A stretch of 64,000 bases of DNA, taken from positions 4,177,937-4,241,936 of the forward strand of contig NC_057754.1 of assembly GCF_004010195.1 (NCBI RefSeq). The letters are read 5' to 3'. The translations under genes and the position numbers were made by a program. Under the pieces are notes generated by a model. That model saw only the letters and a program-made list of their open reading frames with translations, was not told where the DNA came from and ran no database searches. Positions 1-12,779 of the stretch are shown one piece after another. Position 1 is the first letter of the stretch, and each line of letters opens with the position of its first letter. Origin of the DNA: Chiloscyllium plagiosum. Taxonomy: Eukaryota.

Positions 1-370
1 GACTCCCACAGCTACCTAGATTACACCTCCTCCCACCCTGCCTCCTGTAAAAACGCCATCCCATAATACCAATTCCTTCGCCTCCGTCGCATCTGCTCCC
101 AGGAGGACCAATTCCAATACTGAATAACCCAGTATTCTTCCCGACCTCTACATCCCCAATCCTTCTCCGGCCTATCACCCTTACCTTAACCTCCTTCCAC
201 CTATCGCATTCCCAACGCCCCTCCCCCAAGTCCCTCCTCCCTACCTTTTACCTTAGCCTGCTTGGCACACCCTCCTCATTCCTGAAGAAGGGCTTATGCC
301 CGAAACGTCGATACTCCTGCACCTTTGATGCTGCCTGACCTGCTGCGCTTTTCCAGCAACACATTTTTCA
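1..370 (+). mobile_element. Penelope-like element fragment (RT C-terminal piece plus 3' end with hammerhead motif)
   Basis: 1-110 reads DSHSYLDYTSSHPASCKNAIP*YQFLRLRRICSQED, a PLE RT thumb-like motif; the 3' end matches the copy at 4030-4183. Confidence 0.75.
278..313 (+). ncRNA. Minimal type-I hammerhead ribozyme motif (PLE-associated)
   Basis: CTGAAGA 282-288, stem II GGGC-ttat-GCCC, GAAA 302-305, palindromic ACGT, GTC triplet; stem I weak. Confidence 0.6.
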
Positions 371-371
371 A

Positions 372-1275
372 ATCATGTTACAGCTGTACAAAATTAGTTT
401 GTAGTATTGTGTGTGGTTCTGGTTGCCACATTATAGGAAAGGTGTGGAGACTTTGGAGAGGTTGCAGAAAGGTTTACCAGGATGTTGACTTGATTGGAGT
501 ATATTAACAATAAGGAGAGGTTGGATAAACTTGAATTGTTATTTTTTGGAGACCGAGGGGCAATCTGACAGAAGTATATAAAACCAGGACATGGCTGAAT
601 AGGGTTGATAGTCACAGTAATTTTCCCAGGGTGGAACTGTCAAATACCCATGGTGGATAGGGTTAAGATGAGAGGTGGCAATTTAAAGGAGTTGTGGGAG
701 ACAAGTCTTTTACATAGAAGGTGATAGGTGCCTGGAACGCACTGTCAGGGGAGGTAATACGATAGCAACTTTTAAGAGGAGGTGTTTAGGCAGACACATG
801 AATAGGCAGGGAATAGAAAGATACAAACCATGTGGAGGCAAATTGGATTAGTTTAGAATGACATCATGGTCAGTGCAGATATACTGGACCAAAGGACTTG
901 TTTCTGTCCTGTACTGTTCAAAGTTCTAAGATAGAAGATTTTAAAATTATGACTAGCCTAGACGGAGTATGGAGAAACTATTAGCACTGACGAAACGATT
1001 GAGAACTGGGGGCATGGGTTTAAAGTATTTTGGAATAGAAGCAAATGCAAGGTAAGGTAAACTTATTTGTGCAAGTCGTTAGGGTCTGGAATGAACTGCC
1101 TGGTGGTGTAGTGGAGGCAGGTTCAATTCAGGCATTCAAGAAAACACCAGATGATTATTACTTCAATTTAAATGTGCAGGGTTACATGGAAAAGGCAGAA
1201 GGTTGGCAATAAGTCAAAATGTTCAGAGCCAGTGTGGACACAACAGTCCAAAAGATCTCCTTCTGCATTGTAACA
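372..1275 (+). mobile_element. Degenerate CR1-type LINE 3' fragments (two)
   Basis: Decayed LERxQKxFTRM / FFTxRVxxxWNxLP-type coding remnants and CR1 3' tails. Confidence 0.7.
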
Positions 1276-2629
1276 ATCCTGTGCCTGGATTTCAAAAACA
1301 ATCAAAAGGACTGCTGTTGAGGAAATTATTCCACATGTTCTGCGATTGCCTCCATAAATCTCCATGTCTCTACCTCCTTTTGAGATGTTCCTTTAAAAAA
1401 CCTGTCTGACAGGCTTTTGGCCAAGTGTCCTGATATCTCCTGAAACGCCTTAGAATATGTTTAATAGCATTGTGTAAAAATACCTGTTGTTGAGAATGGG
1501 GATTCAGGGCAAAGATAAAACGCTTTCCCTCTTCATCCTCTCCTGACCTGACTCTGTCTTGAGCCTGTTTGCAAAGCTTAGCAATAGGTACAGACTCATT
1601 ATAGAGGCTGTGCTGTGTAGATTTAATTTTCATTGGCACCGAACGACAGGCTCTGGGATATCGAACGAGTAAAAAGGAGAGGCAGGCTTCACTTCAGATG
1701 AGAAATGTAAAGCACTCAGAAGTCATTGTGTGACTCGATTGGATACTTGGCAGTTTTACAACAAGCGGTGGGGGTTTAAGACTAATGGATGTATCTGAAG
1801 CCTTCATCCATCTCCCATCCCCCCCAGCTTCTCGGTTAAAAGGAGTTGCCCCCTTTGTTGGGGAGGCTCAGTAACAGACTGCAGGCTGCCAAGCCTCTGG
1901 GGAGATGAGCCACACGCGGGGTCGCCTCCCTGGAGGACGCGCTCATTCACTCGCCACAGTTATTGCCACACTTCAGGCTCTGACCTGTGACCCGGCAGCG
2001 TGTGCCGGTCTGGGCTGGACCCTCCCCCTCCTACTAACAATTACCAGCAGACGGTGTGAGCAAAACGGACAGCAAGCCGGCCAAACTGCAGATGGAAGTG
2101 GTTGCTGTGGGGGAGGGGCGACTGTGCTAATTAAAGGGGACGGTACGAGCTTTTGTTCAAATCCGCTTTGCTGCTGCACTCAATTTCTGTCTTTGGCGAA
2201 GCTCTCATTTTGTCTACCCCTAATTCCAACTGTGCAGGAAAATTAATTTATGTTTGGCTGACCATATTTACATCAACGTTTCTAACTAATCTCACCCATT
2301 CTCCCCACTGCTCCCTTCCCTTAGTTTTGTGTTACGCTGGCTTAGTCCCTTCAAAAGGTATTCTTAAATTAACCTCTTCAGACATTTCACAAAACTTGTG
2401 GACTCGAAAACAAACATTCTGGCACAGATAGAGTCACTACCATCACACCACAGGACCTAGTCACTTAATGCCTCCAAATTTATTTTCTTAATTTTGCACT
2501 TAAATCCCTCGAACTTCGCCCTTTTACCCTTTTCTGCAAACTGTTCCTGTCCCACTACTCTTCTTGCATCTCCCTGCTTCTTCTTTTTTCTTATGCATCC
2601 CTGGTTTTCGTTGTTCATACCTCTTAGCC

Positions 2630-2990
2630 ATGACTCAGTGGGTTGCGTTCTCTCATCTCTTAAATGGTTGTGGATTCAAACTCTACCCCAGAGTCTATAA
2701 TCCATATTGACACTTCCACAGTAGTATTAAGGAACTACTACATTGTTGGAGGTACTGCCTTTTGGATAAGGACTGAAACTGTAGACCCACCTGTTCTCTC
2801 TAATGGACATAAACAAATTCCATGCCTCCTTGGAATATTCCTTGGCATCTTGAGGCTCAACCAACATTACTTTAAAACAAGACGGTTATATTTCTTGTCA
2901 TACAACAGTTCATGAAGTACTTCATTGCCTGCAGAGTACTTTGGAATGCCCTGAGCACATGAATTACACTGTACTTATAAAGATGTCTTT
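2630..2990 (+). mobile_element. Ancient Deu-domain SINE (SacSINE1/AmnSINE1-like)
   Basis: Decayed core ...cagtagtattaaggaactactacattgttggaggtactgcc...; related copies near 6950-7200, 8300-8670, 19430-19640, 26590-26720 and 52270-52480. Confidence 0.5.
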
Positions 2991-4029
2991 CATTGCTTTT
3001 TAACAATACTTGGGGAAAAGCTTACTTCAAATCACAACACAGTCACTATTCTGTAGGTGTACCTGCAGCCACCAGTTTATGGATTGATGATAAAGTTTCC
3101 CTTTAAATTGCCTGTCAATACACTCAGGTTAGGTTTACCTGGTTGAGGTGCAAGAGGACATGGTACGATGGCAAAAAATGGAAAGGTTGAGAACTGAATT
3201 TTGGGTATCACATCACTCTGCGACATACATAAAAGGATAACATTACCATTTGGGGCTTTAAGCTCAGGCACAAGCATCCTGGGTGTTGGGAGCTGGGGGA
3301 GAGAGTAGGAATTGCTGACAAGTCAACTATGAGGACAATCATGACTTAGTTCTAATCTGGTCCTCATTCAGCATTGGTGAACACCCTGTCAAATATAGCC
3401 ATTAAAAAGAAGTTGGAAGTATGAATCCTGACTATTTTACCTTGCCGCTACACCGCAACCTAACTTAGGTGTACCACAGCCAATTCACAGCCTGAGGGAA
3501 CCCCTTCCTTCTTTTGAGATGCATGTTATCCTACATCCCACAATCCTGCTCAAAGCATGAAAAGCTAATGTCAGTAAAGAGCAAACCAGATCAGTCCATT
3601 TATATCTGACATTTCTACATTATTCTTATTTGAAAATTGTCATGGATATTGTGCCAACCATCACTGAATACAAAGCACATTTCTTGAGCTGAATGGCACA
3701 GGTTAGCTGGCCTGCATAAGTGGTGACAGTGATGAGGCCTGCAAACATGAACCTTGCTGCTATGCCTGTTAAACCTTCTAGCATTCTGCAGACCAAGGCT
3801 GATGCTCACCTGGGTCTCATTTCCAGTGACCTCCCCTCACTTCATGTCTGTATAGCATAGAACAATATAACACAGGAACAGACACTTGTGTGCCAATGAG
3901 GATACCATTTCAAACTAAACCTAAAATAATCCTAATCCTGTAGTAAATGAAGCATTGTTGGACTGTAGCCAAAAGCAGATCAATAAGAACAGAGAGTGAG
4001 GAGTGAAAAGCACTTAAGCCAGGTTAGGA

Positions 4030-4183
4030 TACAGGACAAAGTGAGGACTGCAGATGCTGGAGATCAGAGCTGAAAAATGTGTTGCTGGAAAAGCGCAGCA
4101 GGTCAGGCAGCATCCAAGGAGCAGGAGAATCGACGTTTCGGGCATAAGCCCTTCTTCAGGAATGAGGAGGGTGTGCCAAGCAG
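4030..4183 (-). mobile_element. Penelope-like element 3' end with hammerhead motif (4128-4163)
   Basis: Reverse complement nearly identical to 258-370: cattcCTGAAGAagggcttatgcccGAAAcGTCgatt. Confidence 0.75.
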
Positions 4184-4652
4184 CATCAATATCCACATGG
4201 TCGCACACGGGCTTTTTGCGTTTGTCCCTTCATTCGTACCTTGAATTTCGTACGTATGTTGAAGTAAAATTTTACATACAGTCCTGTTATCTGTATGTAA
4301 CCAGAATGGAATGTGTTTTTTAGCCTTGCTCTGCTGTTCACATGAATGTTTATATCTGGAAAAGAGTATATCAGCTGGAAAAGTCTCCAGTTCGGTGAGT
4401 CTGCTCCGGGGTTGCGTTTAACCGCCGAGCGTGGGTTGTTGTCAACCGCTCTACGAGAACTGACGGCTCGCAGTTCCGGTAACACGTAGAGTGAGTATAA
4501 ACCAGACCCGTTGTAAGTACGAGTCCTGGTTGTGGCGACGCTGCGGGGAATAAAACACTTATATTCTAGCAGACTCGCCTCTTGGCTGTTTGTTCTGTGT
4601 CAGACTACTTTCCTGCGAGCCTGGTCCTTGACCTTGAGAATTTTTTAAAACA
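4184..4652 (+). mobile_element. Probable LTR fragment (5'-truncated) nested in a PLE
   Basis: CpG-rich; TATAAA 4496-4501, AATAAA 4549-4554, ends in CA at 4652 where the PLE sequence resumes. Confidence 0.5.
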
Positions 4653-4960
4653 GAGGGTTCCAAGGCAGAAGATGAGGCGCTCTTCCTCCAGGCGTCGTGT
4701 TGCCATGGTCTGGCGATGGAGGAGGCCAAGGACCTGCATGTCCTTGGCAGAGTGGGAGGGGGAGTTAAAGTGTTCAGCCATGGGATGGTTGGGTTGGTTG
4801 GTGCGGGTGTCCCAGAGGTGTTCTCTGAAACGTTCTGCAAGAGGAGGCCACATCGGGTGCAGCGGATGCAGTAAATGATATGTGTGGAGGTGTAGGTAAA
4901 TTTGTGACGGATATGGAAGGATCCCTTGGGGCCTTGGAGGGAAGTGAGGGGGGAGGATAC
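4653..4960 (-). mobile_element. Penelope-like GIY-YIG endonuclease fragment
   Basis: Reads LAERFREHLWDTRTNQPNHPMAEHFNSPSHSAKDMQVLGLLHRQTMATRRLEEERLIFCLGTL. Confidence 0.8.
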
Positions 4961-5119
4961 AGGACAGCTGAGTTTTCAGAACAACTGAAGGTTACAGATG
5001 GTAGGAGCTAGCCAGTCATGCCTAGGGGCAACCAAGGCAGAGGTGAAAGGTTGACAGCAGAATATAGATTGAGGAGGAGGCCACTGGCTACGTTCGGTGT
5101 TCCCCACTGGCAAAGTTCT

Positions 5120-5462
5120 AGAATCATAGAATCTCTGAAGTATGGAAACAGGCCATTTGGCCCAACAAGTCCACATCGGCCCTCCAAAGAGTATCCCACC
5201 CAGACACATTCCCCTATCTTATTTAAAAAAAAAATTTCCCCTGACTAATGCACCTAACCTACACATTCCTGAACACTACGGTCAATTTAGCATGGCCAAT
5301 TCACCTAACCTGCACATCTTTGGACTGTGGTAGGAAACTGGAGCACCCGGAGTAAACACAGGGAGAATGTGCAAACTCCACACAGTCACCAGAGGCTGGA
5401 ATTGAACTTGGGTCCCTGGTGCTGTGAGGCAGTGGCGCTGACCACTGAGCCACTGTACCCCC
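5120..5462 (-). mobile_element. HE1-like tRNA-derived SINE
   Basis: tRNA-like head (gtggctcagtggt...ttcaattcc), V-domain-like core and CR1-like tail. Confidence 0.8.
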
Positions 5463-5619
5463 CAACTGTGTTTCCTTCCCTCCCCCCGCCCCCCAACACA
5501 CTACTGCCTAACAGCAGTAGTAGTAGTGCTTATTTTTCCCAGGCACTCATGTCGTGTGTGCAGGTGTTGAACACAGTGAAGAACTAAAGGGTGTAAATCT
5601 TTGTTTATACTCCCCCACC

Positions 5620-5875
5620 AGGAAGAAAGGAAACACCAGTGTGGCCAGTGACGAGCAGTGCCCTTCTCGACAAAGGGAAATTCCGCGTGATCAAAAAGTG
5701 AAGGGGAGGGCAGGGATTAAATCAAAATAGAGTTGGAGGGGGAAATAAAACACTCCAATCCCTGTGGTGCCCACCTCTCCCTGAACAACTCAAGAGTGTT
5801 GATGGACAACGCGTGCTCCTTCTCCAGGGACACCTGGGCTTGAACATAACCACGGAAGCGGGGCAGGCAATCAGT
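5620..5875 (-). mobile_element. L1/Tx1-like LINE ORF2 C-terminus
   Basis: Minus strand reads CLPRFRGYVQAQVSLEKEHALSINTLELFRERWAPQGLECFISPSNSILI*. Confidence 0.65.
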
Positions 5876-6222
5876 CCCCACCCAACTGTGATGAAACAGC
5901 TGATAATGCTAGTGACAAATGAAGCCAGAAAGGGTCAGCCTATGGGAAAAGGCAAAAATAATTGGAGTCAAAATGGAAGGGGGGTGGGAATATCTAAAAC
6001 TCTAGCTTTTGGACAGGATTGAAGACTTCAGTGAACGGTCATACTACAACAATATCCTGTGCTCTAGTACCAGGGCTCCCCCTAGGGTTGATATAAAACA
6101 TTACCCACAAGCATGTGAAGGGAGTGAGCACATCAACAAACTATATTTATGTAGCATATTTAGTATATCAATACATTCCAAGGCACTTTACAAAACAAAG
6201 AATGACACTAAGCCAGACAAGG

Positions 6223-6248
6223 ATATATATATATATATATATATATAT
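6223..6248. repeat. (TA)n microsatellite within an L2-like LINE relic (about 6170-6700)
   Basis: Read directly from the sequence. Confidence 0.9.
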
Positions 6249-9200
6249 GGCCCCAACCTTAGTCAAAGTGGTAGGTTTCAAGGAATTTATTAAAGGAGAA
6301 ATGAGAGATAGAGGGGCAAAAGGTGTAGGAAGGGAATTCCAGAGTTGGGACACAAAGAACTGAAGGCATGGTTAATTATGACCTCTTGCACATCTTTGAT
6401 TTTAATTGTTGGAGCAATGAAAATCAGGGTTGTAGAAGAGGCCATAATTAGAAGAGTTCAAAGATCTTGGAAGATTCTGGGATTGGAGGAGATTGCAGAG
6501 ATAAAGAGAGGTGAGACCATGGACTCCTTTGGAATTTTAAAGTCAAGACTTTGCTTGACAAAGAGTCTATGTAGGTCAATGTGCACAGGATTGATAGGGA
6601 ACAGGATTTGGTGCAAGTTAGGACACAGCTAAGATTTGGATGACCTCAAGGTTGGAGAGTAGAATAAGGGACTTCAGCCAGGATTGCATTGAAATAGTAA
6701 CTCGTGTATGATACAATAAGGTTGAGTGCGAAAGTCAATGCCTTTTGAACATTTACAGTAGGTGATTTCTGGTCTCTAGTCCTTTTAGTAACATCTCTCC
6801 TCTGCCTTGCTTCCTTTGCAATAATCAAATTCTTCAACCTGTACAATTTAATTACGAATCAATTAATGATGCGGTTTGTGGTTTTTGAAGGGGTTACTTG
6901 CTGCAGTCAACTAACAACCACCACAGAAGGTTGTTGGTTGACTCCAAGTTTTGAGTTCATAATTTGGGACTGATTCCCAATGCAGGGTATATTTTTCAGA
7001 TGATATATTAAACCAAAGCTCCATCTACCAGGTCAGGTATATAATAATGATTCCACAGGTCCTACTGGAAGAGGAGCCTGGAAGATTTCCTTGATGCTCT
7101 GGGACTAATGTTCCTCTCTCAACAAACAGTGCTAAGAAACAAATTAACGGATTCTCTCTGTTGTTACTGTTTTGTGTAGAAAGGCTACTGTGTTTGCTTA
7201 CACAGCAGCACATAAACTCAATTATTAAAAATTCATTCATGGGATGTGGGCATTGCTGACAAGGCTGGCATTTATTGCCCATCCTCAATTGCAGTTGAGA
7301 AGGCAGGTGAGCAGCCTTCTGAAAAATATTGCAGTGATGAGGATGTAGGTAATATATAGATAGTTCCAAGTCAGTTCCAGTGAAAGTTAGAAGAGAAATT
7401 GAAGTGGTGGTATTCCTACGTGCCTGCCGTCCTTGCTGTTCTAGGTGGGGGAGGCACTGAGTTTGGAAGTTGCTGTCAAATAGCCTTAACAAGCTTCTTG
7501 AGTGCTTCTGATCGATGGTACACTCCTGCCACTATGCATTAGTGATGGAGGAAGTGAACATTGAATGTATTAGATGGGGTATTAACCAAGTGACTTGCTC
7601 TGTTCTGGACGGTATAGAGCTTCTTGAATGTTTTTAAAGCTGCACCTGTCCAGACAGGTTGAGCGTATTCTTGATGGTGGAGATTCACAGGGTGAGCTCC
7701 TCGCCACATAGCTTCTGATCTGCTGTGTAGCCACAATATTTGTGTACTGGTCCAGTAAAGTTTCTGATCAACAGTAGCCCCTAGGATGTTGCCACTGAGG
7801 GCTTTAACAGTACAGAATGCTTTGGGATATCTCCGAGAGGCACAATCCTTTCCTTTCCTAAATTCTTCCTCCTGCCTTCCCTCATTCCTGTCTTCTATCT
7901 CTAATGTTCACGCAATCCTGCTTTCCAAAGATTTAAGTAGATAGTTGTCCACATTCAATTGCAATGATCCAACGCATAGTTAACTCACCTCACAGTTTGA
8001 CCTGGTGACCCTCTGGGAAATATGGGTTAGCACTCTTGGTCTAACTAAACTTGTCAATCATGGTTCAATGTGGCAGCATCCCCATCTCTGAATCAGAAGA
8101 TTATGTGGCTCAGTCATTCAATAAAACCAGATTAGACATATGTTGATTCATAAGGGAGTCAAGGGGTATAGAGAGACTGGCAATAATGCGGAGTTGCATT
8201 TCAATTGAATTTGTCATGATCTTAACAAATGAAGGAGTAGCCTGAAGGGATCAAACCTATTTCAGCTACTAATTATTATGTTCCAGGGAGTGGAGCATAT
8301 ACCCTAGCTTGATATTCCCATTAATAGCACTGAGGATGTGTGCACTGTTGGCAGAGGTGTTACCTTTCACACAATACATTAAACCAGAGTCCTCTTATAT
8401 TGAATGTAAACAATCCCACGGCCTCTGTATCAAAGAGGCACAAGAAAGCTTACTGTGATATCCTGGACGAACATTAATTCTCACCAACTTCACCATAAAC
8501 GGATTAGTTAATCATTATGTCACAGCTGTTTGTGGGGATCTTGCTGTGTGTAAATTAATTGCTGTATTTCCTACGTTACAACAGTGATCACAAATCAAAA
8601 GGACCTTCTTGGTGGGAAAGTATTTTGGTATGTCCTGAGTAGTGAAAGATCTTACAAAAATCGGTATCTTTCTTTTACTTCACGCAGTAGTTAACATCTA
8701 ATGAACCTTCTTCCAGATGCTGCTTATCTCTGTTCACATGCCCTGTATTATTTCTACTTGGTCAAAGATGAGGTGCAAATAGCAAAATAAAACATCCAGA
8801 GCTTGACCTCTCACCTGCCAGGTAAGCAAAGGTCTCTCTTTTTAAAACTGATAACACCACTCAAAACACCATGAGATATTTGGGGAAAGTGGGTGGCATG
8901 CTGTTGAGGTAGAGGACAGAAGTGGGAGTATTACAGGATCGAGCCTCAAGTCTAATTACTCAGCTATTTCAGCAGCTGGAATTCCTCATTCTCTCTCTAT
9001 AGAGATACATCCCATTGAGAAAAAAGGGGGAGAAGGAGAGAGGAAACACGTGGAGGCTTCACGGTGGCCATGGATACAATACAGTTGCATTGAAGCATGT
9101 GTCCCTTCAACTTTCCTTCTCTTTTCTTGCAACTGTCTAGAGTTCCTTTGCATTTGGATTGCAAGCATTCACAGCATCACTCAAGTGCTAATGAAAGTTC

Positions 9201-9329
9201 AGTGCCTCATTCTCCAGCTGTCCTGTGTGAGTATGTATAAGGACATCTATCTCCTTAACCCTTCAAAGACTAGCTATGGTAATAAAGCCCAGGTCTGTAA
9301 TTGTGAGGGAAGTATAATCATTTCCTTCA

Positions 9330-10310
9330 CACAGAGCACAGCAACAGACCCTTTGATTCAACCAGTCCATGCTGGACATAATCGTAAACAAGGGTCTAGA
9401 TTAGAGTGGTGCTGGAAAATCCGAAACAAAACTAGTCCCATCTGTCTGCTCCTGACTCTCCAAACCTTTCCTATTTCCTTACCTAAGTGTCTTTTAAACC
9501 ATGTAACTGTACCCACCTCCACCACTTCCTTAGGAAATGCATTCCACACGCGAATCACCCTCAATGTAAAAAATTTGCACCTTGTCCTTTTTAAATGTCT
9601 CTTCTCTTAAAAATGTGCCCACTAGTCTTGACATCATCCATCCTGGGGAAAATACACCTACCATTAATTCTATCTATACCCCTCATGATTTTATAAACCT
9701 CAATAAGGTCACCTCTCAACCTCCTATGCTCCACTGAAAAAAGGCCCAGCCTTTCTTTATAACTCAAACCTTCCATTCCTGGCAACATCCTGGTAAATCT
9801 CTGCTGAACCTTCTCTAGCTTAATAATACTCGCCCTGTTCTTTATCGTCACTCTTTGCTGGTCCCTCAAATTTGTCCAATCTTCTGACTTACCACTAACC
9901 TTCATAAATTTGTACAGTGTTCTTCTCAATTTGATAGTGTTCTTAACTTATATAGTCACTTTCTAAGTGGGATATATTGTTGCTAAGATTTATTAAATAT
10001 CTTAAGGGTCTGTCACTATACCACTACTGTCGAACCTGGTTTTTCAATTTGTTTTATCTAGTTCTGTCTTTATATTGTCATATTTACCTGTATTTAGATT
10101 TAAAATGCTCTTAGAAATGTAAGAAAATCCCCTAATCTGCCTCACGTGCAGTCACCCGTTCATGTCCCTGACCATGGATCAAATAAGAGCATACTCTATG
10201 AGATGTGACTGTCACCTGGAACAAACTGTCCAGTTAACCTTGTCCCTGATGTATTGCAGTGCTTGTACCACGGTCTCCAGTTCATGATAGGCCTTGGACC
10301 TCACAGTCTC
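9330..10310 (-). mobile_element. CR1-type LINE fragments
   Basis: ORF 9591-9929 contains IIKLEKVQQRFTRMLPGMEGLSYKERLGLFSVEHRRLRGDLIEVYKIMRG. Confidence 0.8.
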
Positions 10311-11814
10311 TCGTCGAAATATTATCTTACTGTTAACTAAGCCCCAAAACATAATAAATATCTGCAGCAGTAAGTGGCAGGTCAAAACCCAAACCAATTT
10401 TCTTGCAAATTGTTGCATACCTGACATTGAGATCATGTTCATCAGAGCTCAACTTTGATGGTTCGGCCATGTGGTCCACATGTAGAATTTCCACATATCA
10501 AAGGTGATATTCTGCAGTCAACATGATTATGGGAACCCATACTATAGGATGTTCCAAACTTAAAAAGCAAGACTTTTCGAAAGCTAATCTCATAAATTGT
10601 AAATTGGATACCATTTCTTGGGGAAAATGAGTTTGGGCACATCTGAATGGAGATGTCTCTGTCATCAAGCAATCTAACATTTGAGGAGAATTGAGTCAAA
10701 TCCTTACAAGAACAACCAAGCACATGGCAAAGCTACACCCTCAACACATCTCACAGTGACTCCACCTATAATATTTATGGTTGAATGTGCAAATGAAGAT
10801 TTGTTTTAAAGTCACATATGAGATGGCATCAATCTAGATGGTTTACAGTTGATTTCCAACTGAACACCTATCTATCCAAATGATAGGATAATCTATCAAC
10901 GTCATCTCAACATATTTTCTCACACACTTTTTCCCCTTTACAAAATAAGATGGAAGTGGTGAAAAATTTTGCAAGTCGATCAGCCTGTTGGATTGGATCA
11001 TGTAAGTGGCCGTCAGGTACAGAAGGAGACTTGAAACTGACGTGGAGGTAGGGACACCACACTCGCCAGAAGATCCCCACACTATGACCAACATCTTCCT
11101 CTTTAGTAAACGCCCCTCTATATTTGAAACAACCCTAATAAGACCTCTAGTCTTCTCTGGTGAAAAGAAATGGATGTCTTGGAAGTTATCAAGGATGCTG
11201 CTAAGTTACATTGTGAGAAGCATATGTTTCACAGGCTTTTAAGTTGAACAGGTCTTTTGGATTCAATGTAATTCTTGTCAGCAGTCCTGTATAACTGTCC
11301 TTATACACCCACATCAGAAGGCATTTTGGCTGGTCGGGTAATCTTATCTTTCTGCATTCACAGCACAATAACTATTAGGTAATTGAGCGATTAGAAGATT
11401 ACTTTTCTAGTGGAAACATTGAAACCTGTTAGTGTGCAGACACAAAACCAAGTTCAAGTTCCCATTGCAGTAAAGTATTTAAGGTTGTGATAAAGCATTA
11501 GAAAAGTTAGTTTGAGATCAATTTAATTGAAACCTTGCTGGTGTTTAAAGATTGCATCTATTTTATCAGTCAAAGCGGTAAGTGTGATTTTTTTGTATTT
11601 TAATTCTTTATTTTTTGTATTGGATCAGTTTTCACTGTCCCCTGCTGGCACCTTGCCTTCCAATTCAAATTGGAACCCTGCATGTCCTGGGGTTAACATT
11701 CATACCAAAATCACAAAGTTATAATAAAAACCATGAGATCGTTATTTGCATTTCCATTTGCAGCAGCTTTCCATACACAAATTTTCTATTTTTACAACAG
11801 TGACTATATTTCAA

Positions 11815-12145
11815 AATAAAACAAAGAATGGTGGATGCTGGAGATCTGAAACAAAACAAAAACTGAAATTACTTGAGAAACACAGCAGGTCTGGCAGCAT
11901 CTGTGGACAGAAAACAGAGTTGAAGTTTCCAGTACAGTGGACTCTTAAGGTTAACTCTGGTTTCTCTTCACAGATTTTGGCAGAACTTGCTGAGTTTCCC
12001 CAGTAATATCATGAAGAAACAAAAGCAGAAATTGCTGGAAAGGCTCAGCAAGTCTGGCAATGTCAGTGGAGAGAAATCATATTTTCTCCAGCAGATTTTC
12101 TAATTTTATTTCTGATTTCCAGCATCAAATTCTTTCAGTTTTTAC
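11815..12145. mobile_element. Two fold-back PLE-derived short elements
   Basis: Inverted arms ...gcaggtctggcagcatctgtgga...agagtt / aactctg...cacagattttggcagaacttgctg; same family as 37085-37290. Confidence 0.5.
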
Positions 12146-12779
12146 TTAATATCTTTAAAGCTTTAATCAGATTGTCCCCTAACCCAACATCTATAGAAAA
12201 CAGGTCTAATTTTATAATCTCTGCTCATAACTTTAACCTCTGAAGTCAAGGTATCATTAGGCCCAATATATCATTCCAGAGGTGTGGTTTCTTGTAGATT
12301 CACCAAGTCAGGCACTGCCAGGGACCCGAATTCGATTTGACCTTCGGGCGACTGACTGTGTGAGGTCTGCACCTTCTCCCCTGTCTATGTGAGTTTCCTC
12401 CCACCTCTGCAGGTTGGGCGGTATTGGCCGTGCTAAATTGCCCCATTGTGTCCAAGAATGGGTCGGCCAGGCAGATTCGCGATGGGAAAGGCAGGGTTAT
12501 AGGGACGGGGGATGTGTCTGGGTGGGATGCTCTTCGATCGGAGGGCTGGTGTGGGCCGAATAGCCTGTTTACACACCGGAAACAAAAATGCTGGAGATCA
12601 CGCAGCGTCAGTGCGATGAAGTGTCATTTCGACACGTTACCTTGCTCTCCTTTTCTTTCTCTCTCTCTCTCTATGGGTACTGCCTGACCCGCTATAATCT
12701 CCAGCATTTTTTTGTTTGTTTTCAGTACAAATTCCAGCATCCCCAATCCTATTGGGATTCGGAGTGCTGCAAGTCCTCT

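Noticed and set aside
8718..8821. Apparent + strand exon (ttccag ... CAG|GTAAGC)
   Set aside because: No recognisable protein or partner exons; may be chance or non-coding
9251..9270. TCCTTAAC followed by AG, resembling a U12 acceptor
   Set aside because: No upstream U12 donor or coding exon was found
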